This document shows positions 37,331 through 50,611 of a DNA stretch of 64,000 nt, piece after piece. Position 1 is the first letter of the stretch. Each line of letters starts with the position of its first letter. Where the stretch lies: the NCBI GenBank assembly GCA_040954595.2, contig CM082577.2, positions 18,264,303 to 18,328,302 on the forward strand, written 5' to 3'. Under the pieces are notes generated by a model. The model was not told the origin of the DNA. It was given only the letters and a program-made list of their open reading frames with translations, and made no database searches. A program made the position numbers and the translations under genes. This DNA comes from Balanoglossus misakiensis. Taxonomy: Eukaryota > Animalia > Hemichordata.

Positions 37331-39458
37331 CCTCATAATATATTATTAGCACTGGCATTATTAACTATGAACTTCATACACTTTATTGCTGATGCTTGGT
37401 GATTTTCACGTTCATTATGAAAGGAAAGAAGCCATTCCTTTATATTTCAACATGGGTTTCAACTATTGTGTAATGTTGGCTTTGAAAGCAAATATCACGA
37501 TTTTATTCTGAGCATGTGAAATTTAAAGAGAATATTGTACAAGAATGGATTGTACAGACGAAAACACCAGTCAGATGCCACCGACGTTATATCATACCTA
37601 AGCTATCAACCGGTCGGCTATACATAAATACAGATGGATGAAATGTCTTCAACATGGTCTTGTAATTGTCCAAGAAAGCACCCAGCTACTTTATCATTTA
37701 TCTATCAATAAAATATGTCGTTAGCGACGTCGTAACCAGCATGTTCTTCACAAAAAATCCAAAGGAGTGACAATCGTACACTTCAAATTCTTTTGTCAGA
37801 ATTAAAATAAGGTGTATTCCTGTGATTTGATACAGGAATGTATTACACATTACAAATCAAGCAAAAAACGTTTGGGGTCTTATGATCGGAAGCGGCACTA
37901 CGATGCAGTTAGCAGTTATTATATAGCACTGGAAGTCTAGTATATTTTGCTATTCTTAAACATTGACGGTGGAGTGAAACACATTGCCCGGAATGCTGAC
38001 GTGAATACATAATTTATGTTTCGATTTTTTATGTTTAAGCGAGTGATAAGCTGCTATTTCTTGCCCCGAAAAGATTCGATGCAACTCTAAATTTGGCGAC
38101 GTAGCCAATACCCGTTTCAGTGTTTAATAAGTGTATAACTCAAAGCAAAGCAAAATTTAGAACTATTACCCGCTCTTCAAAACATCGAGATGAAATGCTC
38201 GAGACTCAGATCTGGAAAGCCCTTAGTCTGAAATTTAGCAGTGACTTTCTGGTGACGTTGAATGTGACATACATAATAATTAAACTGTCTGGCCACGTAA
38301 CCTCCCGCGTTGATCAGTTAAGCTTTCGACTCCTTAGGTTCATTGCAATAACATGCGAAATTATCTCGTGCGCACGACTTAGTATCTCGTGCTCACGACT
38401 TAGTATCTCGTGCTCACGAGATAAAAAAAAAATATTTGCTTTACGAAATGTCCCTAACGGGCATTCATAACTTTTAATTCTGCCAATAAAATGAAATTAA
38501 TATATCGAGATAGCACTCATTTAGGACAAAATGGCTAAAAAATAAAAAGAAATAGCAGAATGCCTAGAGTCGAAAATTCCCGCATTTTTTTGTTTTTAAA
38601 AAGTGAAAAATTGTAAAGAAAAATTAAAATGTAATGTCTCAGTGGAGTACATTTACTTCCATGTGTTCTAGTGGATGAGATAACACTTTGTTTGTATAGT
38701 TTCAAAGTGGGAAATGCAACGTTTTCATTGTATTTCCATATTTCCCACGATGGCGGTCAGTTTTGCTGGCGACAAAGCTTTATTATTCATCTGGTTAAAA
38801 CTTGCATATGCACTCATACTTCGGGTTTATAATAATTGTACATACTTCAGTGCAAACATCTGTATGGACTAATGATAGTACAGTTTAAAATATACATTAT
38901 AATTATCCGAAAAGTTGAAGCCCATGGGGCTTTAAGACGAGCAGATGTGATCATGTGCTGTTGTGCCGGCCAAGAAAGAAACGCAATCGGAAAACAAATG
39001 GAGCATAAAATAGAACATTGTGGGAGTAAAACCAGGCTACATGTATGTGCGTAAATTGCGCTACGGGATTAGTGTGCCTAAACAAAGTCAACACTTTGTA
39101 CTGGAGACTTTGTCGGATTCGCTTTGCCCGGATTGCCCAGTTCGTGCTTAATGGAACAGACAAGCAGCAAACCCGCACAGCGTGTGTATACAATAATTGT
39201 AGCGTACATGTTGTAGTCATTGAGTGAAAGTGCAAGAGTGAAAATAAACTAGTAGATATCATCATCCAAGCTGTCATGTTACGCATCATGTTAAGATGTG
39301 GCCTGATTGTAAAAATATGATATTAAACGAAATAAATGACTCCATCAAGAACATAACAATACATTATGTGATCATTACGCAGTACCACTCGTTCTATATC
39401 GCTAGAAGAACTGCACATGGACAGTACTACTGGTAAAATTGGTGATAGTAGTTTTACG

Positions 39459-39665
39459 ATGAAGGACATTATGAATGAACTTAGCAGTGTGAAGCGGTCA
39501 AAATCATCCCAAATTAAATCTGTATCCGACGAGATTCATACCAAAATAGGTTAATTGGAAACAGATATGACAGATGTGAGGAAGGAATTACAGCATGAAC
39601 ATGAACAAGTCAGAATAATTCAGATTGAAAACGACTAGTTAGGTGAACGAGTGTGCAAAGTGGAG
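39459..39665 (+). pseudogene. Degenerate coiled-coil coding remnant, possibly LINE ORF1
   Basis: MKDIMNELSSVKR...IHTKIG*LETDMTDVRKELQHEHEQVRIIQIEND*LGERVCKVE: a heptad pattern with two stops. Confidence 0.3.
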
Positions 39666-40859
39666 GTATACGGTCACATTTGGAAAATTAGCTATAGTTA
39701 CCATGGCAAATTGAGATCTAGCCAATCACAGATTTTCAGTGGGTGGCACACACGAAAATAAAAGCGCCACCATAAGTTCTTTAGAACACTCAAATACGCC
39801 ATTTTAGCCATACTGTATATGGGCGTACGTTAATTGGAGGTGACTGTATAGCTTTAAGGCGTCTGTACGTACCATGGTTATTACGAAAATATTTTTTCGT
39901 AATAACCTTATTATTAGAGAGGTTCGGCTACACGTTTTTACGCGAACGTGAACGCGCAACGTCACGAATTTCTGTTATGACGTCATCAAGTTTTGTGTAA
40001 AGTTTGGCGTTCATGTAATAGACTTCGCGTTTTTTACGTGGAGATAGGTGTTTTCACGTTAGTTGAAAACGTGAAAAGTTATTCTCATTTTTCGGCAACA
40101 AAAAATCATATTTTCTTCGAAATATATGTATGCCTTGTTAGCTTGATATCTCATAGTGACAAACGAAACCACATTTATTTCTTTTTAGTCATTTTATGTG
40201 AAATTTGGTAATCAATTTGTGTGGCTCCCCGACGGTTGAAACCATAGTTGCAGTGCAGCGACACGGTGTAACGATGTACACACTCAAAATTCGAATACAG
40301 AGTGCGGCGTGCCACACAAACAGACGTTGACGTGAAGCCAAACGCTTTTCCACCTGAAGCAGTCGCATCGATGACCCATATAAGGAGTTGCTTATTAGCA
40401 TAAAAAATAACATATCATTAATATGTAGAACGCGATCTGACCAATGATGCGCCCGGATAGCATCACAACCTTTTCTTTTCAAATGTAAATTTTGGGGTCA
40501 AATACGCTATTTGGGGATATCCCGTCAATTCAAAACAAGAAAGTACGAGTCAAACTTGCTATCGGGTCAATAAGAAAATTTTTCACCAGTGTTTTTGTGA
40601 TATAATTTTGATTTTGGCGTCTACGCTATTTTTGAGGATTTCGCCTGAAAGACAGCGACCTAGACAGAGCATGTAGATTGAAGGCGTTCATCGAGAGCCA
40701 CGGTGATCACCTGACTTGTCTAGATCACCGCGCACAGCAACCAAAGCAAAATAAAGCGACCTTTTAAGGACATGCACCCCCAAAAGACATACATGTACTA
40801 GTATACTGTTAGACAGTTACATGTAAACAACGATGTTGAAATATGATGCGGACGCCCGG

Positions 40860-41085
40860 TGTTACGTGTTTCGGTTCTTGTTCTGTGTGACTATATACAC
40901 TGACAGAGTCGTACTGTCTTTAGAACAACACGTTTAATTAACTACGAACAAGGCGGCCATTTTAGCCTGAGCAAAAGTACAGCTCAAAATGCAACTCAAC
41001 ATGCATACGCAAATATCAATCTGTTAACTGTATGATGAATGTCACGTGACTGCTATCAACAAATACTGCAGTCTGTATTGTTACA
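40860..41085 (-). mobile_element. 3' LTR (226 bp) of a Gypsy element
   Basis: Minus strand has PPT AAAGGAGAAAGGA immediately followed by TGTAAC...GTAACA. ATTAAA lies inside. Confidence 0.7.
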
Positions 41086-41249
41086 TCCTTTCTCCTTTGA
41101 AAAGAAAACAATAAAAGAAAAGCTATTGTCCACGACGTTTCATGAGTCAGTGTCCTGAATATGATTTTGCATGCAAAATGTTAACCATAAATTCAACGCG
41201 AAACAAATGCGGCATAGTCTTTCAAATATACAGGTTTTCTGCTGATTCG

Positions 41250-42761
41250 TCCAGATCTTTTAGTCTTCAGCGGAGTTTCACAACTGGGCGGATTGTCTGG
41301 TGGCTCGTTATCAACATCAGCAGCTAGCTCTACTGTTGGACTTGGCTACAGGTGACTGGGATGATTTGCATACAATCTTCCTTTCATCTGCTCTGTGGGG
41401 TGATACAGTCATTTCCGGAACATTGGGAATAACTGCTTTGGAACATATGTCTCCCTGGTTTTCTTCAGATGACGACGATTGCGACGATATTTTCTACCAT
41501 CCTCAGTTGTAACTACGTATGAGCGGACGTTGATCTGCTTTTCAACTTCTGCCTTCTTCCAGACTTTCTCTGTCTTTCTGTCTGGCATTATGCGAACAAC
41601 ATCTCCTTTGCGTAGTGGGGGTAGATCTTTGGCTCCTCTAATGTAGTAATGGACTTGACGGACCTTTATACTGTTGTTGATCTGTTTTCCTGCATTCTCC
41701 ACTACAACTGGCTTGAGAAGACTGGCAGTTGTTGGCAACAAGGTCTTCGTTCGTCTGTTCATCAATCTCTGAGCAGGACTGCTATCCATACCCTGTGTAG
41801 GTGTATTTCTGAAATCAAGAATCGCCAAGTACTATATAGGGGTCTGCGTTGGCTATCTTTGCTTTTCTCATGATGTTCTTCGCTGACTTCACTGCATTTT
41901 CTACTTTGCCATTGCTATGAGAATATCCTGGGGATGATGTAGTATGGTCAAACTTCCATACTCTGCTGAATTTCTGAAATTCTTCAGCTGTTATCTGGGG
42001 TCCGTTGTCTGAAAAAACACAGATCGGGTATTCCATGACGAGAAAACTGTGCCTTCAGTTTTCTGACAACTGTCTTTGCAGTAGTATCAGGCAAATAATC
42101 GATTTCCCAGAAGTTGGAGAAATAATCCACTGTGATCAGGTAATCTTTGCCATCAAAGACGAATAGGTCAAAACCTAATTTTGACCATGGTCGCGGTGGA
42201 ACTTCATGCGGTACTAAGGATTCCTTCTGTTGACGGACTCCTACTGTGCGACACACTTCACACTTCTCTACATAATCTCTGACCTCTGCATTCATGCCTG
42301 GCCAATACAGACATTCCCTGGCTCTTCGGAGACATCCTTCGGTGCCTATGTGTGATGCATGAATGCCATGCAACATATGTGTGATGCATGAATGCCATGC
42401 AACATATCATGTTGCAGGCTCTTTGGAATGACTGCCCGCTCACCCTGGAAAACAATCCATCGTCAATGCTCAGTTCATCGCAAACATTGAAGTATGGGGT
42501 TAGCTGAACCGGTAGATCTCATTTGCTCTCTGGAAACCCACTTCGTATCACGGACATCAGCATCTGTAGGCTCTTGTCATTCTGAGTATGTTGCTGTATT
42601 TCTTTACATCTCGGATCAGAAAATGGTAAGCTCTGTACCATGTTGACAGTCTCAATCTCTGTCTGTAATCCATCTTGTGGCTCACCTTTCAAGTATGCTC
42701 GACTCAGAGTATCCGCGAGTTGCATCTGCTTTCCTGGACGGTATACAAGTTGTATGTCATA
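41250..42761 (-). pseudogene. Gypsy/Ty3 pol 3' part (RNase H end, integrase zinc finger, rve core), frameshifted
   Basis: YDIQLVYRPGKQMQLADTLSR, IHASHIGTEGCLRRARECLYWPGM...CEVC, VDYFS, SDNGPQ, SNGKVENAV, RNTP...SPAQRLMNR. 29-bp tandem duplication at ~42347-42404. Confidence 0.9.
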
Positions 42762-42898
42762 TTTATTTATTTTTGGCTTTTTTTTATTTCCATTCATTTA
42801 ATTGTATCATAAAGATAAATCGTGTTTTGATGAAAAATAAATAATACTATATAAAAAGAGATTCACCAGGTACAATTGTTTAACAAAATAATTACATC

Positions 42899-44830
42899 TC
42901 AGACGGAAGCAAGGATGTTCTTCCAATAATGGGTGAAATCTAGATTATTATTCCTTTTGAGTATTTGGTGCATAAATTGTAGATATCTGTAAAATATATC
43001 GAAATTGGTTTTTGCTCTAATGCTGTTAATATCATGTTGTAAATGGACCGATGAAGCGAATACACAATACTTTGCAATAGTAATGACAATGTTTACAAAT
43101 CTATAAAGAGGGTGACTGTACATAGTTTTGTAACCAAGAATAACAGTTTCTAAGTCGACCTCATGACATATGCCAAGTTTGCTGAGCAAAGCAGACAAAC
43201 GCTGCCAAAAATTCCCTAAACGTTGACATTTTAAAAATAGATGCTCATAAGAATCAGTTACATTACAAAGACAACATAGATCATTTTTGCTAATTTTCCA
43301 TCTTAAAAGATTGATGCCACATGGCAAAATGTTATGCATAATCTTAAAGTTAAATTCAGCAAGTTTCCTATCACAACACAATCCAGTCGTTTGGTTAACC
43401 CATATAGTTCTCCACTGTAGTGGAGTAGTCATGGTCAAACGACGATTCCATGTACTTTCACAATATGGACGAATAAAACGATTTTGCACAAAAATACTGT
43501 AAAAAAAATTTGAAGTAAGGCGAGACAGATCATTAGGTAAAACAAAAACTTTTCCATTGACATGAAGAAAATTCTTTTCTCTACGCATCTGATGCAACTG
43601 AGTACCTTTCAACACAGACTTCCATTCTCTGGGAATAAGATTCCGCAACTTCATCCATTCACCAATCCAATTTGACTTATTCTCGAGTTTTTGTAACAAC
43701 AGTGTAGGTGGAAGAAAATCGCCGTTGGTATCGACAATGTCCTGGACATAGATAATATTTGAGTGAATCCAACCAGGGAAAAAAAGAGTCTTACCATTAT
43801 CTGAAATGTTGACATTACCCCAGATAATTTGATTACGCACATCTAAATGACTGGGTTTGGAGAAAGTGACGCAACCACCTTTTGCACTATGCCAAGCTGA
43901 AATTACTTGTTTATAGAAAAAAGGAATTCTCTCGAGAAATGGGAAACAGGAAATGTTGCTAAAATTGAAATGAAAAATAAAAAAATCTGGACCATAGTGC
44001 CCGAGCCAATGAAGTGGCAAGGCCTTCCATTTGGCTGAAGAACTGTCACATAATCTACGAACCCATGATGCACAAAAGGCGTCATGGATGGCAAAAATGT
44101 CAGGCATGTTAAGTCCCCCGCAATCATAAGGGCCAATGAGTGTGAGCCTTTTGATTTTGTCTGGCTTGTCATTCCACAGAAATTTGAAAATAAGACGGTT
44201 GATATTCGTGAGCCACGTTTCAAAAGCGCCAAGATTAAGCATAAGGTAGTAAATTGTGGGCAATGCCAAAGACTTTAAAACCGTAATTTTGCCATAAAGG
44301 CTCAGCTTACGACGTGACCAGATGTTGAGCACGCTTTTAAGCCTTTCAATTTTCTTTTCCCAATTCAAAAGTAAACATTTCAGTCGATCGTATCCAAAGA
44401 AGACCCCAAGGGATTTTATGGGCTGTTGCTCCCACATCAAACCCCCAGGTTTATCATTCCTGTTTTTCCAAGCACCAAGCCAAAGACCCTCTGATTTGCT
44501 AACATTAAGCTGTAACCCAGAAACTGACCCAAACGATTTGACCACGTCAATCGCTCTAAGAATGGAAACGTCATCTGATACAAAAAGAGTTGTATCGTCA
44601 GCAACCTGCGAAATTTTGATTTCAGTAAGAGTGGGGAAGAAGCCTGACACGTTATTAATATTAATCCCAACGATGTCGCGGCTTTGACGGATGTGCGTTG
44701 CCATGACTTCAACTGCTAGCAAGAATAAAAGGGCAGACAGGGGACAACCTTGACGTATTCCTCGATGAAGACCAAAATAAGTTGACGACCAACCATTGTT
44801 GATAACACAGCTTTCACAGGAATTGTACAT
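42899..44830 (-). CDS. L1/Tx1-clade LINE ORF2, C-terminal part (RT + CCHC finger); the element spans ~42762-44864 and resumes at 50469-50612
   Basis: GIRQGCPLS, ISQVADD, IKSLGV and CCLCNVTDSYEHLFLKC. Its A-rich tail abuts the Gypsy pol. The upstream RT segment (GAILFLDFSKVFD...NFGENF) is found at 50469-50612. Confidence 0.88.
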   Translation of the reverse strand: MYNSCESCVINNGWSSTYFGLHRGIRQGCPLSALLFLLAVEVMATHIRQSRDIVGININNVSGFFPTLTEIKISQVADDTTLFVSDDVSILRAIDVVKSFGSVSGLQLNVSKSEGLWLGAWKNRNDKPGGLMWEQQPIKSLGVFFGYDRLKCLLLNWEKKIERLKSVLNIWSRRKLSLYGKITVLKSLALPTIYYLMLNLGAFETWLTNINRLIFKFLWNDKPDKIKRLTLIGPYDCGGLNMPDIFAIHDAFCASWVRRLCDSSSAKWKALPLHWLGHYGPDFFIFHFNFSNISCFPFLERIPFFYKQVISAWHSAKGGCVTFSKPSHLDVRNQIIWGNVNISDNGKTLFFPGWIHSNIIYVQDIVDTNGDFLPPTLLLQKLENKSNWIGEWMKLRNLIPREWKSVLKGTQLHQMRREKNFLHVNGKVFVLPNDLSRLTSNFFYSIFVQNRFIRPYCESTWNRRLTMTTPLQWRTIWVNQTTGLCCDRKLAEFNFKIMHNILPCGINLLRWKISKNDLCCLCNVTDSYEHLFLKCQRLGNFWQRLSALLSKLGICHEVDLETVILGYKTMYSHPLYRFVNIVITIAKYCVFASSVHLQHDINSIRAKTNFDIFYRYLQFMHQILKRNNNLDFTHYWKNILASV

Positions 44831-45050
44831 GGTTTTTATCGTGCCAATAAAGTTTTCGCCAAAAGGAGGGCGCTCTAACCTGTCGACTACGGTAACAGGT
44901 CTTGAGAACGCTCGTAGTTTTTTCGGTTGTGTGTAAATTACGCGAGTGATTTCACACCGAAATGAAGGCTACCTCTTCCTTAACCGCCTACGCAGGTATT
45001 TGTACAGGTAATTTTCGATAGATTTGTATTGGACATCCCGCCGTAGGAAC

Positions 45051-46237
45051 ATGGCCGCTGAAGACAAAGCCAGTTACGCACAGGTGGTGAGTGGTGCTAA
45101 CGACAAACATGCCGGAATTTTACCCATATTTCTGAAGCAGTCTGATGTATTACCGAGAGATAGCAATCAATGGTTACGAGGCGAGGAAATTTTAACTGCC
45201 ATCACTGAAGTCATCACGATTGACAGCCTAGAAGGATTACAACGAGTTAGAGGCTTACGGCGTATTTACTTGAGTGACGAAGCCGACAGAACAATCTTAC
45301 TACAACACGGACTGGCCCTGCGTGGCAAATCTGTGGAACTGTGGAGTCGAAATCCTTTCCGGAAAGAGCTGCACGAAGATTGGGTGAGGCTGACAATTAA
45401 AGATTTACCGTTGTCGCTGGACGACAGTGTTATAACCGCTGCGCATACTAGTACAGACTGTAAATTGAAAACAGAAATATCTAGATTAAAGTGGAGATTC
45501 AACGGGAAGTTGACGAACATCCTAAACGGTGATAGATCCGTCTTTATTGAAAAATCTAAAACTCCAATACCAACAACGATTAAAGTCGGGACATTTATTG
45601 CAAGGTTTGTCTGCAAACAACCTGCAGTGGATATCCATCGACGATGTGGAAAGTGCCTAGAAGAGGGACACGTGACATAAGTAAGTGTACCGGGCAAGTT
45701 AAATGCAGAAATTGCAGAGAGGAAGGCCATCTTGCAAGAAGCTGTATGGAAATCATTCAACGAAGCAAAGATGTGATACCACCTCAGCCTTCACTAAGCT
45801 CAGGGACATTGACAACATCTATTTCTGCTGACACTAGCGCCAACACAACAAAGCACCGCAGCATTAAAAGTAGGGGGACAGAGTCATCACAAACACCAGA
45901 TGCTGAAAAGCTCCCAAAACAGTCAAGTCAGAAGAATGTAGTATCCGAATTGCCCGGTGGAAAGTCACAAACTTCGATATTAACATTCTTGCGAGAAAAC
46001 CGAGCAGGAGATAGTCATGACACTGATATTATACTATCAAAGAATAACGGTAGAGACAGCGATGTCACGGACATTGAAGAGGAAGAAGCCGAGGATGGGT
46101 TCTACGATACGTCAAGAGAAAATTTCTCTGAGATTTCGATTGAATCGCCTCCGCCTCCGCCACTGACGTCCTCTCAAACCGGACAAAAAGGCAATCAGAA
46201 AAAACGAAAGAGACGGCGAAAGCAGAAAGAAGTCTAG
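45051..46237 (+). pseudogene. Tx1-type ORF1 (gag-like, two CCHC knuckles, basic tail), frameshifted
   Basis: CGKCLEEGHV and CRNCREEGHLARSC, ending KKRKRRRKQKEV. Frameshift at ~45675. Confidence 0.8.
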
Positions 46238-46248
46238 ACAAGATCTTC

Positions 46249-49200
46249 ATGAACAATCTTAAAATAGTTACTCTCAATGTGAGAGGTTTCAGTGACAAAA
46301 ATAAAAGATATGGAATCCACCACTGGTAAATATTGCGATTTTGCAAGAGCTTCATAACAATGGAAAAGATGTCGCCACCTGGACAAGAGAGTGGGGAGGC
46401 AGAATAATTTACTCAAAGGGTGATAATTACAGCCGAGGTACTGCTATATTGATTGACCGCAACTATGACTTCAACGTCGATTCTGTGTGGAATGATGACA
46501 AAGGACGAATTAGCATAATAAATGGAGACAGTGGCGGTACCAAACTGTCAATCTGTGGTGTTTATGCTCCACATACTGTTAAACAAAGGAAAGAATTTCT
46601 GAGCGAGCTGGGTGAAACTGTTGATTCAAAATGCTGTTATGAAAACGTCATCGTAGCAAGTGACTTCAACTGTGCCGTGGACAAAAGCTTAGACAGATTG
46701 TCCAAGCAGAAATCACAGCCAACAGATGGGTCTGCAACGGTTCTTCGGAAATTTTGTTAACGGTTCCAGCTGACGGACATTTGGAGAAACTTGCACAAAG
46801 GGCAACGCCAATTTACCTGGCGGAGGCTGACTCCAACCCCAGTCCACAGCAGACCTGACTATATTTTTATTTCCAAACATCTTGTTAATCGTGTACTGAA
46901 GACTGATATACGACCTGCTGTACTCTCCGATCACCAGGCTGTCTACATTGATTTGCAGATCAGGATCGAGCACAGAGGACCCGGTTCATGGAAACTAAAT
47001 AATAGACTCCTTCAGAATGAAGACTTCGTCAGTGGTGTAAAGAACATTATCAGCAAATCGGGAGGAAAACAATTTCAAAGTTAGAAAGTGGAATGGGACT
47101 CGGTGAAGAAAGAAATCAAGGAATACGCTATAGAGTTCACAAAGAATACAACAAGGAATTACAACAAAGACATTCCTAATTTGGAGCAGCAACTGAAAGC
47201 GGACGAACGAAGTATGATAATGAACCCATCCACCGAAAATATTCAAAGGTACAGTGAAACAAAACAACGTCTGGAGAAAATTTATGACCTACTTGCAGAA
47301 GGAGCGCAGATTAGATCGCGTGCTGCCTGGGTTGAGACAGGGGAAAGAAACACCAAGTACTTCCTGTCTCTGGAAAAACACAAGGCTACCAAAAAAGAGA
47401 TAGCAGAGTTAGTGACCAGCGATGACAGAATTGTCACAGAAAATGCGGAAATCCTGAAAGAACAACGGAAATTTTACGAAACTATTTATCAGCGGAAAGA
47501 CAGTAATGTGACATTAGACAGTTTTCTGGAAAACACTTCTATGCCAGCATTGAATGAATCACAGCGTAGACAGTGCGATGGTCTACTGACAGACCAGGAA
47601 TGTGCTCAAGCCCTGAATTCGATGGCGCTGAATAAGTCGCCAGGATGCGACGGACTTTCAGTAGAATTTTATCGTTGTTTCTGGACAGATATAAAATCAC
47701 TTGTTTTGGGATCTCTCAACGAAGCATGGACTTCAGGTGAGCTATCAACTTTACAGAAAAGGAGTATGATTTCTCTATTGTTTAAAAAAAGGGCAGAGAA
47801 TGATTTGAATAACTGGAGACCTATTTCACTTTTAAATAACGAATTAAGCGTGTTTTACCTGCGATCATTCACAGAGACCAAACGGGTTACATGAAAGGAG
47901 AAAATATACGCCTTATAGCTGATGTTTTGAACTACACAAAGAAGTAAAATCTAGGTGGTGCAATTGTATTTGTAGATTACGAAAAAGCCTTCGATAGTGT
48001 CGACTGGAATTTTACGGTTAAAGTACTTGAGAAATTCAAGTTTGGTACTAGTTTTATTCGTTGGGTTAAAGTGTTGTATAACAATATTTCAAGTTGTATC
48101 TCTTACAAAGGGTGGTCGTCAACGTTTTTTACATTACACAGAGGCGTTAGGCAAGGACGTCCACTCTCTGCATTACTGTTTTTATTAGTGATTGAAGCGT
48201 TTGCTTGTAAGATACGACAACATAAAGACATAGATGGTATCTCCTTACCAGGAAATAACATGGCAAAAATTTCTTTGTTCGCTGATGATACAACAATTTT
48301 TGTAAAAGACTCCCACTCAATCCATGTTTTATTAACAGTTATGGATGAGTTTTATCAATGCAGTGGGCTGAAAATGAGCAACAAAAAAACGATAGCGATG
48401 TGTGTTGGTAAAGACAGATATAATGATAACCAAGTGGGAAATTTACAATGGACAAAGGAACCTGTGAAGACACTAGGGGTATATTTTGGATATGACATAG
48501 AGAAATGTAAACAGTTGAACTGGAGCAGTAAACTTGAAAAAGTGGAAAAGATACTACAAAGTTGGGAGAGAAGACGTTTAACATTTTATGGGAGGGTGGT
48601 TATTTCAAAAGTTTTTGCTGTTTCTCAAATTTTGTTTCTGGTATCTGTCATTGGAATACCGAACGATGTAAAATGTACGCTACAAAAGCTGGTTTACGAC
48701 TTTATCAAGAAAAAACGCAAGATTAAAATGGAAACATTGCATGGGGACTATGAGAAAGGGGGCCTGAAATGTGTCAACATTGACAGGCAGATCAAAGCCT
48801 TACATGCTGTTTGGGTTAAACAACTAATATCAGGCAAAGGTAACACATGGGCAGCTATACCCTGGTACTATATGTAGATTGATGAAAATTGTAATTTCTT
48901 TCAACAAAACATCTTTTGGGATTTGTTGCCAAGAGTCTTAGAATCTGTAGTTCCTGAGTTTTATACAGATATCTTGAATGCTTGGTACAAAGTGTGTTGT
49001 AAAGTTGAAAGACACAGAAATATGAAAGTGCAATGGTGTGAACAATTTAATTTCTTTTTTAAATCATTGAGCAATTATAATTATGGTATATGGAATGAAG
49101 ATAATTTCATTCCCTTAGAAAATGTCACGTGCAAGGTTTGTTATATCAGAGCATGTCACCGAACTACACAGATTCCAACAAACTCATTAAAGTCCCAGTA

Positions 49201-50344
49201 TTTCTCGTGTGTATCCATTTTTCATCATCGAAAAATGCCCGTTTTTCCCGTACATTCATCATGGAATACTACATAATGAAGATAGAAGAAAGGTTTGGGC
49301 AACTGTAGCTACGTGCAAGCTGTAAATATTGCCCGTAACACTTGAAATGATGCGCGGGTTTGTTTACAATGGACATGTTGCACATGTCGATCAGCAAACG
49401 TGCCACTTTGACATTTGATGGTCAGACCATTTTCGGATTTGATCTGGTTCCATCGACTGATTTCTCCCATAAAGTTATCTTCCCAAAATTTCGCCGAATT
49501 AATGCGCATTTCTTCGCTGAGTCGCTTGATTTGGGGCGACCAAACCTCTTCCGCATAGATTCACATTGGAGTGCGCATGCGCACTAGTCACGTGTGTCAA
49601 CAGGAGCCTGACTCACGTGACTTTCTGTCCGGACAGAAAGTCATTCTTCACTCGTTATATTGTAAATTGTATGAGTTTATGAGCAGAGCTGGGGATGATG
49701 ACTGTTCGATTCAGAATCAATTATCATCTACTTTTAGAAATTATAGATGCCGTTTCAAACAAAATTTTGCCCCTACGAGAAATACTGGGGCTTTAAGTGG
49801 TTTTCATCATTGAATGTGAATGATCACACACAGGATTATAAAGATTTTATTTGGAAGCATATTTATATAGTAACAGAAGAAACCAAACTAAGAGAATTTC
49901 AATGGAAGTTATTACATAGGCTGTTGCCATGTAGAAAATATTTATTTTACTGGAAAAAAAGTAAGTTCTTTGGACTGTGAGCTTTGTAAAGTCCCCGATT
50001 CTCTTGAACATAGGTATTTGCATTGTTCTTTGGCAAAGGATCTTTGGAAGAGAATCAACAATACAGTTCAACACAGTATCGACAAAACGTTTAAACTACA
50101 GAATTGTGATATAATTTTCACTTGTTATACAAACAAAAGCTTCTCAAGAATGGAAGAAAACATTGTAAATCTGTTAATTTTAATTGGTAAGTGGTGTATC
50201 CACAAATACTGGTTGCTTGACAAGAATATTCCTTTAATTATCATGTTAAAGTGTGAGTTTAGACAGAGGTATAAAGTAGATAACAAAATCTACAATAACA
50301 GCGACAGATTAAATATTTTTGAGAGACTTCTTTCATTCATGTAA
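46249..50344 (+). pseudogene. Tx1-type ORF2 (EN-RT-CCHC), multiply disrupted
   Basis: TLNVRG, GVYAP, SDHQAV, GPGSWKLNN, KSPGCDGL, NWRPISLLN, GVRQGRPLS, FADD, CELCKVPDSLEHRYLHC. An apparent foreign insertion at ~49146-49740 is flanked by TTATA. Confidence 0.88.
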
Positions 50345-50611
50345 AATTTTGAATAGTTTTTTTTTCCTATTGATTTGTACATGGTATTCTTTTGATGTAC
50401 ACTTTTGTAGTTATGAAACCTTTTGCCATCATATTTTAATAAAAGAAAAAAAAAAGAAAAAAAAGAAAAAAGTTTTCGCCGAAATTAAACTTGTGCAATT
50501 AATACTGCGAAAATAAAATTTCTCTGAAGCGTATCAAATACCTTTGAAAAATCCAGAAAAAGGATTGCACCCTCCAAATCCTCATCCCCAGTATAATTAA
50601 TAATATCTTGA

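Larger units (their letters stand above)
19172..38469. mobile_element. IS3EU-like non-autonomous TIR element with 21-bp subterminal arrays; middle layer of the nest
   Basis: Left end TATGAAAGCCCGTTAAGGACATTTCGTAAAGCAAA; right end reverse complement TATGAATGCCCGTTAGGGACATTTCGTAAAGCAAA. TAY..RTA termini. Probable TSD ACTTTT (19165-19170 plus one extra T; 38470-38475). Confidence 0.7.
19002..39853. mobile_element. Kolobok-like non-autonomous element (AG...CT termini, TTAA TSD); outermost layer of the nest
   Basis: TTAA|AGGTATACAGTCACCTCCAA at the left end and TTGGAGGTGACTGTATAGCT|TTAA at the right. 19002-19135 is an inverted match to ~39685-39853. Confidence 0.7.
44865..50468 (+). mobile_element. 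Near-full-length L1/Tx1 LINE, inactivated, with 16-bp TSD
   Basis: TSD AAAGTTTTCGCC[A/G]AAA at 44849-44864 and 50469-50484. Contains ORF1, ORF2, and AATAAA plus poly(A) at ~50438-50468. Confidence 0.9.

Noticed and set aside
44830-44900. Twin-priming 5' inversion of a single LINE
   Set aside because: The two RT sequences differ, and the minus-strand element resumes at 50469 beyond a 16-bp TSD, so this is a nested insertion.
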